The notes under the pieces are model-generated. The model was not told the DNA's origin. It did not search any database and worked only from the letters and a program-made list of their open reading frames with translations. Shown here piece by piece: positions 20,955-30,297 of a DNA stretch of 64,000 nt. The number at the start of each line of letters is the position of its first letter. The first letter of the stretch is position 1. This stretch comes from Epithemia pelagica (lineage: Eukaryota; Protista; Bacillariophyta). The translations under genes and the position numbers were made by a program. The stretch is from contig OX337235.1 of assembly GCA_946965045.2 (NCBI GenBank), positions 3,748,028 to 3,812,027 of the forward strand, given 5' to 3'.

Positions 20955-21614
20955 ATGTCGGATCGAAATCAAAACTCCCTACCTGCTGACGAAACGCCTG
21001 TATTCTTGTTAATCCGTGAGTTCGTGCGGTTGAACCTTCAACACGAAGGGCAAGCCAGCCGACTCAACGAAGATCACGAAACCAGACTCAGAGCTATTGA
21101 CCGGCAGTATTGGGCCGATACAGCAGAACTGGAGCAACGATATCGACGAGCACAAGGTGAAGAACACGAGCGACACCAACGGGCCCTCCAAGAACACCGT
21201 AACCAACGAGAAGCCGATCGCGGTAGGGTATATCGGATTGCACAAGAGGCAGAAGAGACACAAGCACAGGGCGAAGAGAACCCTCAAGTTGTGGAACTGG
21301 AAACGGTTGAAGAACCTCAAGTTGTGATCGAAGAACCACGAAATCTCGAGATAGTAAACAAACCAAGAGCCATACAAGTGCAAGCCCGAGCCGTTGAGAA
21401 TCAACAAGGCATTATCTTTCCACCTATTGGAGCACGAGTCCGAGTGGAAACCCCTGTTCGTCTCGCATTCCATCGACACCCTTTGCATAACGCAACAGGA
21501 ACAGTGCTTAGACACACCGATACCTACACGTGGATCTAAGTCTGGAACCCTATCACCAGACGCAACGAAGAATTTAAGCGAAAGCCCGTCAATCTCATCA
21601 TCTTACAAGAATGA
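20955..21614 (+). CDS. Extra ORF0 upstream of gag in C (coiled-coil, acidic linker, SH3/KOW-like tail); in-frame TAA at 21537
   Basis: 194 codons open to the TAA, then 24 more sense codons ending in a TGA (21612-21614) that overlaps the gag ATG as ATGA. Confidence 0.6.
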
Positions 21615-24600
21615 GTCAGTCACCAGACAATGTTGATTCCGGTGGTGGCAGAGGAGGACGAGGCAATAACCGTGGTCGAGGTCGTGGGGGACGTGGAGGT
21701 AGAAACAACAATGGCCAAAGCAAGTTTGAAGGTCAGGAACCCTTGTTAAAGGGATGTGTGTTTGATTATACACAAGACGCCCAAGCCAAAAAATACATTC
21801 GGAACGTGGAACTGCTGATTGGATATATTGGCATCAAGTTCCCGAAGTACAACATGGACTTTCAACGTGCCGTTGAAAATCTATCTTTGCCTACACCTCC
21901 TCGTCCAACACGTCCATCCGACACTGCTAGTCCTATTGAAATAAAAGAATGGGAGTTTCAGTATAAAGCAATTGACGAGAAGCGCGTGGCTACTGAGGGA
22001 TTCCGCTCATCACTCTATAGTGTTCTTCTTGGTCAGTCAACGGACCTAATGAAGGATAAGCTCAAGGCCCATAGTACCTTCCCTTCCATACAAGCTCATC
22101 GAGACGGCATCGAGTTGTTGAAGTTGATCAAGGCTACTACGTTTACTTTCGATAGCGACAGGGTCTACACTGGAATGGCCATGGACAAGATCCGTGCCGA
22201 CTTCTATGGGATGAAACGACACCCCGGACAGTCTGTCCATAGTTTCTATGAGGCATTTCGGGCGAAGGTCAAGGTAATCAACAAGATAGGAATTCTCCTC
22301 TTCGATCAGGCATATGTCCAAGAAATTGCCGCAAAGAATGGCCGACCAGGTGCACCGTCTATGGCTGATAACGAGGAAGCGCAGGATCGCATGATAGCGA
22401 ATCGATTTATACGTGCTTGCGGCCAAAAAGACTACGAAGTGCATCTACACAACAACTTTTTGGATGGGCACATCATCTACCCATCAAATCTCGCTGATGC
22501 CCGTGCTATTATCGATGCACGCATGGGGCGTCGTGAGCTCAACAGTAACAACAACAATAACCAGAATGGATCAAACGGTGGCTCTCAAGCGCAAGGCTCA
22601 GACAATACAGGTCTTGCTTATCCAACTGCGGGCGAAACAGCCAACGAGTCACAGAATAGTGATACCAACCGAGGTTCGAACTCCGCTGATTGTTGTGTAT
22701 CTGAAACTGCTTCAAACTCACTTTGTCTTTCTATTGCCACGCTTTCACAGACTAACATTCCACCAACATGGGTCCTCCTGGATAACCAGGCCACCATTCA
22801 CATCTTTTCCAACACATCATTACTCGTCAGTCCACCGAAGCTTAGCCACGAAACCATGCGAATCAAGGGGCACGGTGGAACAATTACCACATCACAAACA
22901 GCCCAAGTCCGAGATTATGGAGCCGTATGGTTCTATGAGAGCGGCTGGGTCAACATACTATCATTCCATCAAGTAAAGCAACAGTACAGCATCTCATACC
23001 AAGCCAACAACGATGAATTTCATGTTCGATCCCGCACAGGCGCAATCATTGACATATTCCGCGCAAGTCCCCAAGGTCTCTATTACTCTGATTGGTCCTC
23101 CCGATCTGCCGCGACTGAATTTGGACTGGTCACTACGGTAGCTACAAATAAAGCTAAGTACACAGCAAATGACGTCGCTAGAGCACAAGGAGTTAGATCA
23201 TTGCAGATTAAAATAGGTCGACCAAGTGACAGAGAATTCTGCTCGATCCTGGACAAGCGGTTGCTACCCAATTGTCCTTTCACTAGCAAGGATGTCAAAT
23301 TAGCCGCAAAGATGCTGGGACCCGACATAGGTACCTTGAAAGGCAAGACGGTTCGAAAGCGTCCCATGCAAGTTGACGCTTCTCTTATGATCGATGTCCC
23401 AATCCCAAGGAAATATCACGATGTTGTCCTTTGCATGGACGTACTTCATGTCAACGGGATTCCATTCCTGGCAACGATCTCTCGCTTCATCAAGTTCGGG
23501 ACTATTACCGCATTGAAGGCACTCAATGGACCAACACTTTTCACGGCAATCAAACAAGTAGCATCGATCTATCGTCGTGGCAACCTGCGCCCTCGAATCC
23601 TTCTCGCCGACGGGGCATTTGATAATGACCCCATGAATGAATTTCTCCTTGGGATTGGCATGAGCCTGAACCCGACATCCCGAGATGAACATGTCGGAGA
23701 CATCGAATGGTACATTCGCACCATAAAGGAAAGAATGAGGTGCATGTATAATACGCTCCCATTTAAACACATGCCAAAAGTGTTGGTGGTTGAAATGGCA
23801 AAAGCCGCCGTATACTGGCTGAATGCCTTCCCAGCTGTCAATGGAATATCGGACGAGCAGAGCCCAAAGACCCTCGTCACCGGCCAACAACTGAATTATA
23901 ACCGCCACTGCAAGTATGAGTTTGGACAATATGTCCAGACCCATGAGCCACACGACAATTCCATGGAGCCAAGAACCCAAGGAGCACTGGCCCTTCGCCC
24001 AACTGGCAACCAACAGGGTGGCCATTATTTCTTGAACTTGTTATCCGGTCGTGTCATCAATCGGAACCATGCCACGATTGTTCCTATGCCTGATATTGCC
24101 CTCCAGCGAGTGCACCAATTGGCTGTTGCCCAGGAGGCATATCCGAATCTTGCTTTTGGGGACAGGGATAACCGCATCTTGGCTTTGGAATACGATGATT
24201 TTGACGAAGGAAATGATGAAGATTATGAGTATGATGTGGACGACGAGGATGATGTATTGAGGTATGATGAAGATATCGTCGATAATGAGTTGGAGATGGT
24301 GAATGAGGACCCGGTGGAGGAGTTGGTCATGGAAGAAAAGGCAGCGATGGGAAATGAGAACGAATACGATCTTAATGATCAAGAGATAGGAGAGGAACAG
24401 GGGTGGGATGGTCCCGAGGATGGTCCCGAGGATGGAGAAAACGTGGGCCTTGGTTTGGATCTTGATGGTCCAGTGGATGGAGTCGCAGAAGGAGGTGGAA
24501 ATGATGATGGAGTACAAGAAGGAATCGACATTGATGCTCATGAGGAACAACTACATGCTGACTATGTGGAGCAAGCTGTTGCAGATCAAGAACTAATCGA

Positions 24601-26659
24601 GGAAAATCAAGGAGTGGAGGCAAATCAAGGAGTGGAACCCGTGCCAAATCAAGGAGTGGGCCCACAACCCGAGCAACCACCCATGCAACAACCCAACATC
24701 CATGGTGTTGGCGGTGGGATTGTTGGCGGTGGAGGTGATGCTGTGGCAGCACCCATTCATCCTAGATATAATCTACGGACGAATCGAGAACGGAACTATG
24801 CCCATCGATACAACAATGACATTTATGTTACTGCCGAAGTGGCACAAGACGTGTCAACGCCCCAAATGGAGATGAAACAAGGAGTGCGAATGTTTGGTGA
24901 TGCAGGCGTGGCCGCGGTGAAAAAGGAAGTCCTGCAGCTGCATGACCGAGAAGTAATGCGAGCCATCATGAAAAGCTCATTGACCAAACAACAAATCCGA
25001 CAAGCGCTTGGATACTTGATGTTCTTGAAGAGAAAAAGAACCGGCAAAATTAAGGGACGAGGCTGCGCCGATGGCCGTAAACAACGCGAATACATAAACA
25101 AAGAAGATGCTTCTTCCCCCACAGTCGCAACAGAGGCCGTCTTCCTAAGTGCAATCATTGATGCAATGGAACGAAGGGCAGTGGCAGTAGTGGATATTCC
25201 AGGGGCCTTTATGCAGGCCATGATGGACCCTGGGGTGCACATGAGGATCACCGGGCTAATGGTTGAGTTGTTGCTTGAAATTGATGAGAAAATGTACCGG
25301 CCATTCGTTGTGATCGAGAAAGGTGAACCCGTCATCTACATTGAATTGCTCCGTGCCCTGTATGGCACCCTGCGAGCGGCAAGACTGTTTTGGGAAAAGT
25401 TAACTGCCGTCATCAAGGAATGGGGTTTCATCGTGAACCCATATGACAGTTGTGTTGCTAACAAAACAATCAATGGGTCGCAATGCACCATCACATGGCA
25501 CATTGACGACCTCAAAATATCACACAAGGAAGAAAGCGTGGTCAGCGGCATCATAGAACAAATTCAAGCCACATTCGGTCAACAAGGGGAACTTTCGATC
25601 TCGAGAGGGAAACGCCATGACTATTTGGGCATGTACCTTGATTATAGTGAACCAGGACAGTTGATTGTTGACATGAGGACCGCCATTCAGAGTATCATCA
25701 ATGATGTACCAAAGGAGTTCAAAGGGGTGGCACAAATCCCAGCAGCTTCCCATCTTTTCCATCTACAAGATGGAGCCGAGCAGTTGGATAGCGACCAAGC
25801 AGACCAGTTTCACAGTTTCACCATGAGGCTGATGTATATTGCCCAACGTGGGCGACCTGACATCCGAGCGGCCGTGGCTTTCCTTAGTACACGAGTGAAA
25901 GACCCAACCAAGGATGATTGGCGTAAGTTGTCGCGTGTGATGAAATACCTCCAAACAACACCCGACTTGCTTCTTCGGTTAAATTGTGATGGGACCGGGA
26001 TTCTTCGATGGTGGGTGGATGCATCCTACGCCGTCCATCCTAACATGCGTGGGCATACCGGGGGCGTAATGATGATGGGAAAAGGAGCCGCTTTGAGCAT
26101 CTCATCGAAACAGAAGCTGGTAGCTCGTAGTTCCACTGAGAGCGAGCTCATCGGCGTCTATGATGCCATGCCGAATATGCTCTGGTGTCGGCAATTCCTG
26201 ATCGCACAAGGTTATCAAGTCAAGGAGATGAAATTATTCCAAGATAACATGAGTGCAATGCTGTTAGAGAAGAACGGACGAGCCTCCAGCAGCAAACGTA
26301 CCAAACATATCGACATCCGATATTTCTTCATTAAAGATCGAGTCGATAAAAAGGAAGTGACGATCGAACATTGTCCCACGGAAGAAATGATCGCCGATTT
26401 CCATACGAAACCGCTTCAAGGTAACTTGTTCTACAAGTTCCGTGATCTTATCATGAATATCCCGAGCACTGATATCTATCATTCCTCGCGAAGGAGTGTG
26501 TTGAGACAAGATAGCGCGCCCAAGGAAACACAGGACCAAACCGCGACTCCCAAGAGGGTGCAGTGGATGACGAACACAAAGGAAGCCGAATGGCAAGTGG
26601 TGCAACCACGTAAGAGGCACAGTCATTCAAAACCTGAGGGTCGGTCTTATCGAGCGTGA
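21611..26659 (+). CDS. gag-pol: Gag-Pol polyprotein of C (1682 aa); last residues come from the LTR and the Harbinger TIR
   Basis: LLDNQAT protease, CMDVLHVNG/DGAFD/IRTIKER integrase, VDIPGAF/HIDD RT, VDASYA/TESE/QDN/ADFHTKP RNase H. Confidence 0.96.
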   Translation: MSQSPDNVDSGGGRGGRGNNRGRGRGGRGGRNNNGQSKFEGQEPLLKGCVFDYTQDAQAKKYIRNVELLIGYIGIKFPKYNMDFQRAVENLSLPTPPRPTRPSDTASPIEIKEWEFQYKAIDEKRVATEGFRSSLYSVLLGQSTDLMKDKLKAHSTFPSIQAHRDGIELLKLIKATTFTFDSDRVYTGMAMDKIRADFYGMKRHPGQSVHSFYEAFRAKVKVINKIGILLFDQAYVQEIAAKNGRPGAPSMADNEEAQDRMIANRFIRACGQKDYEVHLHNNFLDGHIIYPSNLADARAIIDARMGRRELNSNNNNNQNGSNGGSQAQGSDNTGLAYPTAGETANESQNSDTNRGSNSADCCVSETASNSLCLSIATLSQTNIPPTWVLLDNQATIHIFSNTSLLVSPPKLSHETMRIKGHGGTITTSQTAQVRDYGAVWFYESGWVNILSFHQVKQQYSISYQANNDEFHVRSRTGAIIDIFRASPQGLYYSDWSSRSAATEFGLVTTVATNKAKYTANDVARAQGVRSLQIKIGRPSDREFCSILDKRLLPNCPFTSKDVKLAAKMLGPDIGTLKGKTVRKRPMQVDASLMIDVPIPRKYHDVVLCMDVLHVNGIPFLATISRFIKFGTITALKALNGPTLFTAIKQVASIYRRGNLRPRILLADGAFDNDPMNEFLLGIGMSLNPTSRDEHVGDIEWYIRTIKERMRCMYNTLPFKHMPKVLVVEMAKAAVYWLNAFPAVNGISDEQSPKTLVTGQQLNYNRHCKYEFGQYVQTHEPHDNSMEPRTQGALALRPTGNQQGGHYFLNLLSGRVINRNHATIVPMPDIALQRVHQLAVAQEAYPNLAFGDRDNRILALEYDDFDEGNDEDYEYDVDDEDDVLRYDEDIVDNELEMVNEDPVEELVMEEKAAMGNENEYDLNDQEIGEEQGWDGPEDGPEDGENVGLGLDLDGPVDGVAEGGGNDDGVQEGIDIDAHEEQLHADYVEQAVADQELIEENQGVEANQGVEPVPNQGVGPQPEQPPMQQPNIHGVGGGIVGGGGDAVAAPIHPRYNLRTNRERNYAHRYNNDIYVTAEVAQDVSTPQMEMKQGVRMFGDAGVAAVKKEVLQLHDREVMRAIMKSSLTKQQIRQALGYLMFLKRKRTGKIKGRGCADGRKQREYINKEDASSPTVATEAVFLSAIIDAMERRAVAVVDIPGAFMQAMMDPGVHMRITGLMVELLLEIDEKMYRPFVVIEKGEPVIYIELLRALYGTLRAARLFWEKLTAVIKEWGFIVNPYDSCVANKTINGSQCTITWHIDDLKISHKEESVVSGIIEQIQATFGQQGELSISRGKRHDYLGMYLDYSEPGQLIVDMRTAIQSIINDVPKEFKGVAQIPAASHLFHLQDGAEQLDSDQADQFHSFTMRLMYIAQRGRPDIRAAVAFLSTRVKDPTKDDWRKLSRVMKYLQTTPDLLLRLNCDGTGILRWWVDASYAVHPNMRGHTGGVMMMGKGAALSISSKQKLVARSSTESELIGVYDAMPNMLWCRQFLIAQGYQVKEMKLFQDNMSAMLLEKNGRASSSKRTKHIDIRYFFIKDRVDKKEVTIEHCPTEEMIADFHTKPLQGNLFYKFRDLIMNIPSTDIYHSSRRSVLRQDSAPKETQDQTATPKRVQWMTNTKEAEWQVVQPRKRHSHSKPEGRSYRA

Positions 26660-26834
26660 AATTTCACTCATTTCACACAAATCCAGCTTCCAAATGTCAC
26701 AGTTTTTAGGGTGTGAAAAACAAGGGTCCGATCGATGGCAATAGGTGTGAAATCGATTTCACACAAAACCTCAGTCTTCCCCCAAGGCTCATCCATGTGC
26801 TTCCAACAGCTAAACAACAATCAAACGAAAAACC

Positions 26835-28175
26835 ATGATCTACTCGAAGCACTTAGAGGCAGAGGCGATGGAAGAGGAAGGTGACGAAGAAGACTTCCTC
26901 CACTTACTAAAGCTGATAGAGTTTTATTCACTTACCAAAAATCAACGCAAGAAGAGAAGCCCAATCCCTCGGAATCAAAGTCCTATACCGATTGAGCGAC
27001 TCAGATGGTCTACCTTCGCCCGAGCCCAAATGGCAAGGGACCCAAAAGACTTTGTGAAGAGCATCAGAATGCCCTTGGAGGCTTTTGAAGCTCTTCATGA
27101 AATCCTTGAAGAGTTTCTCAGCAAAAATGAAGAAATGGGGGCTCTACGTGGTGGTGTAATTGCTTCGGAATTACGACTATACGTGACAATTCGCTTCCTT
27201 GCTGGTGGCTCAATGCACGACATACGACGGCTGTTTGATATACCCAGATCCACATCCTACGACCTAGTTCGTGAAGTCTGCCAGGCAATAGTAGACTGTG
27301 ACAAGTTAAGGTTTTGCTTTCCAAGAACAGAGGAGGAATGCCAAAAAGCTGCCTTGGGTTTTCGAAGCATATCTTTTGACGAAGCCATAGTCAACTGCGT
27401 CGCTGCTGTAGACGGATATTTACTTCACATTGAACAACCTAGCAAGAAAATAGCAGGCAACCAACGGCAATACTACTCAGGTCATTACAAGAAATTTGGC
27501 ATAAATGTGCAAGCTGCGTGTGACCATAATTCAATGTTTGTATACTTTGCTCTCGCAGGACCTGGTAGTCAAAATGACAAGGTGGCCATTGACCAGTGCT
27601 CCTTGGGTCCAGCAATTGACAATTTACCCGACGGATATTGTGCCATTGGTGATGCCGCATACCATCCAACAGAACGGATGGTACCTATTTTCTACGGTGT
27701 TAACCGCGATGACCCGCTACATGATAATTTCAACTTTTTTGCCTCTCAGCTGCGAATTAGGATCGAGATGGCCTTTGGCCTAATGCAGATGAAATGGAGG
27801 TTCCTTCAACAGGCACGCCAACCAACAAAAAATCTTCGTACACGTGTAATGGCCATAGCCCGACTTCACAACTATGTTGTTAAGTACCGGTTGGAGCAAG
27901 GCGATGCACTTTCTCAAATGATGACTGAAGATCATGGACATCCAGATGGTGAGAGTGGCCAAACATCTGCACTACCATCACAACCGGTGGATGAAAATGG
28001 GAACCCGATGCTCTACGATGATAATGGCAATGTCGTACGAAGACCATTGCCTAAGGGGCATTCTATGACACGGCACTCTATGGCTGTCCGGATTCAGGAG
28101 AAAAAACTTGTTCGTCCTCTGCGCAATACCATACAACGCGATGACGAATCTGATGAAGTCGACGAAGATGAATAG
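26835..28175 (+). CDS. Harbinger DDE transposase (DDE_Tnp_4/HARBI1-like), 446 aa
   Basis: AVDG, NVQAACD, GSQND, GDAAY and R.RIEMAFGLMQMKWRFL motifs. Confidence 0.93.
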   Translation: MIYSKHLEAEAMEEEGDEEDFLHLLKLIEFYSLTKNQRKKRSPIPRNQSPIPIERLRWSTFARAQMARDPKDFVKSIRMPLEAFEALHEILEEFLSKNEEMGALRGGVIASELRLYVTIRFLAGGSMHDIRRLFDIPRSTSYDLVREVCQAIVDCDKLRFCFPRTEEECQKAALGFRSISFDEAIVNCVAAVDGYLLHIEQPSKKIAGNQRQYYSGHYKKFGINVQAACDHNSMFVYFALAGPGSQNDKVAIDQCSLGPAIDNLPDGYCAIGDAAYHPTERMVPIFYGVNRDDPLHDNFNFFASQLRIRIEMAFGLMQMKWRFLQQARQPTKNLRTRVMAIARLHNYVVKYRLEQGDALSQMMTEDHGHPDGESGQTSALPSQPVDENGNPMLYDDNGNVVRRPLPKGHSMTRHSMAVRIQEKKLVRPLRNTIQRDDESDEVDEDE

Positions 28176-28211
28176 AAAATCATGGTTATTTAGTACTACT
28201 TGTTCTGTTAC

Positions 28212-29537
28212 CTACAGTCCTAGAGATTCAACCACTTCATCAAGCCTTGTTTGTAGTCTCACTTTCATATCCTCATTGTTTGTCTGGACAAAAGCTGTAC
28301 TTAGAGTACTGAATTCGTTGAGTAATGCAGCTCTCTCCATTCGTGTCTCACGTTTTTTGGCATTGTCAGCCATCACATCCGTAGCTGCAGATATGACAGT
28401 GGCAATCTTGTCGTCGTCCCCTGAACGAGCAGTCGACATTGAGACAGGAGTCGTTGCACGAGAAGAACTTCTAGATGAAAGAGGAAGAGTAAGACTGTCC
28501 ATTGTCAAGTCCGGGGCCAACACTGTTGTGAACTTTGTGGAAAACTCTGGAACTGCTTCGCTCTTGGAAAAGAAGTAAAAGGCAACAAATTGTGTCATAG
28601 AGGGTCCCCCTTTGACTTTTGACAGGGCATGGCGTGTAAAGTCCCAGGGGTCGCTCGAATGACTGCCACTCGCATTCATGGCACTTTGGATGTTTTTTCG
28701 TACCTTTATGAGTGCCTTGAACAAGTCAGACACCTCTTTTTCATTTACCTTGTGCGTATTCTTTATTGATGGGTCCACTCGGCCTAAGATTGCATCTAGC
28801 ACGTGCTCGTTGTAGGAACTATTTAGAGCGTCGTTTTCATCGCGTTTTTCCAATTTGCCATACCTGTCCGTTGACTCTATTGCAGCTTCGACTTCTTCAT
28901 CAATGATATCGTCATTGTCATCAATAAGGCGTTGGGTGAAGCTGTCCCTAATGGGCACCAACATAGATGTGGCTGCGTCTGTTGCCTTCTTTGTAGGAGA
29001 AGAGTCGGCCCCATTTACCGCATCTACAACTTCTTTCCAGAACCTTTGATACTGGGTGCCACTTCCTGATTCTTGCACATTCCGAGACCTGGTATCATTG
29101 TATGCCATGAACTCATCAATGAAGTCTCTGTGGAACAACACATTGATAATCCGACATTGGGTGGAAGGGATTTGTTCCAACCGTTTGTTGATGACTATCT
29201 GATTACGACTTATCTTGAGGATATGACAGCGAATCTCTGTCTTGTTCAAGCTGGCTTTGGTGATCCCGATCTTCCGCCCTAGCCTCCTTAGTTGATAAGC
29301 TGAGAGATCCTTGTCCAGATGAGTCACTTGATTGTCCTTGGCAATGGTGCATGCCACTTCGACTTCTTCCTCTTCACCTTCATCGTTCTTCAGCATCTTC
29401 TTTTCCGTAGTGATGGTGTATTCTCCCAGACTCAGAGAGTCTAGTCCCTGTAAATATTCGGGTAACGGCTTCTCTACTCGCTTGGGCTTCTTCTTTTGAG
29501 GGCCCTCTTCTGGAGGTGCACTGGACGACGACTCCAT
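28212..29537 (-). CDS. Harbinger second ORF (putative DNA-binding accessory protein), 441 aa
   Basis: Long intact ORF inside the TIRs, convergent with the transposase; basic N-terminal NLS-like PQKKKPKR. Confidence 0.8.
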   Translation of the reverse strand: MESSSSAPPEEGPQKKKPKRVEKPLPEYLQGLDSLSLGEYTITTEKKMLKNDEGEEEEVEVACTIAKDNQVTHLDKDLSAYQLRRLGRKIGITKASLNKTEIRCHILKISRNQIVINKRLEQIPSTQCRIINVLFHRDFIDEFMAYNDTRSRNVQESGSGTQYQRFWKEVVDAVNGADSSPTKKATDAATSMLVPIRDSFTQRLIDDNDDIIDEEVEAAIESTDRYGKLEKRDENDALNSSYNEHVLDAILGRVDPSIKNTHKVNEKEVSDLFKALIKVRKNIQSAMNASGSHSSDPWDFTRHALSKVKGGPSMTQFVAFYFFSKSEAVPEFSTKFTTVLAPDLTMDSLTLPLSSRSSSRATTPVSMSTARSGDDDKIATVISAATDVMADNAKKRETRMERAALLNEFSTLSTAFVQTNNEDMKVRLQTRLDEVVESLGL

Positions 29538-30099
29538 GGTGGCAATAGCTGTGTGATTGCTGTGGAGGGGCTAAGAACTAAGAATGTCCTAATGTACTGT
29601 GGGGACAATTACACCTAGTCAACGTAGATGAATTGTGAAATTTTGGTGAAACTGCAATGGGGGGTCTCAAATTGGCTCGTGTGAAATTCACAAAAATTTC
29701 ACAGCCCACCTTGGCAACGTCAGGCCACGTCGGCCAGAAGTGTGAAATGTGTGAAATTTCACGCCGATAAGACCGACCCTGAGGAGGCGCAACAAAACGC
29801 TCATTCTTTTTAAAATATAGAAGTAAATTGGTTTCCTTTTGTTGCCTGTACAGCACGATCGGTTGACTGGTTTCAACAGTCACCCTGCAATTTTCATCAT
29901 GAGTCTTTCGAGTATAGTACTGTGCATCGTGGTGTCTCCCAGAACCCCAGCATGCCATGTCGTGGACAAAAACTGTGGACCATTCGCAACATCTGGTTCT
30001 GGGTGTCTTTTACTCTCGAAGCACCGACAGGTTGAGATGGACAAGTATCTACCAAGTGAGGGAACCCATGATGCGGCGGAGCGACTGCTGGAAATTGAT

Positions 30100-30297
30100 G
30101 GAACTTGAGAGATATGGACGAACACACAGACACAGACAGTCATTGTCGTAAACCATATCGGGATGATTCAATTCGACCGATGTACGAGACAAACTCCCTC
30201 CTCTTTCAAGTGGAGGCCAGTTCTCTTGATTCCATTCTTCTCTCTCGTCGAAAAGGACAAGACATGCTTTTGTTCTTGCAGTGTCATGTGTGGTCAT
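30100..30297 (-). pseudogene. 5' remnant of a Kelch-family gene (K7)
   Basis: LVLFDEREEWNQENWPPL...HPD matches the family N-terminus; the rest is absent. Confidence 0.65.

Larger units (their letters stand above)
26638..29779 (+). mobile_element. PIF/Harbinger DNA transposon, 3142 bp, apparently autonomous
   Basis: ~29-bp TIRs GGGTCGGTCTTATCG(A)GCGTGAAATTTCAC; 3-bp TSD TGA at 26635-26637 and 29780-29782; two convergent ORFs; subterminal TGTGAAA motifs. Confidence 0.95.
20673..29878 (+). mobile_element. Ty1/copia (CoDi-like) LTR retrotransposon, family C, with a nested Harbinger in its 3' LTR
   Basis: TGTTGAGAC...GTTTCAACA LTRs; 5-bp TSD GTCAC at 20668-20672 and 29879-29883; gag-pol ORF. Confidence 0.97.
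26499..29878 (+). repeat. 3' LTR of C, split into 26499-26637 and 29783-29878
   Basis: The two parts rejoin to 235 bp matching the 5' LTR; preceded by purine-rich GAAGGAG. Confidence 0.95.

Noticed and set aside
24180-24760. Acidic Asp/Glu-rich tract in C pol (similar one in D) as a captured host domain
   Set aside because: Low-complexity inter-domain linker with no specific motif; common in such polyproteins.
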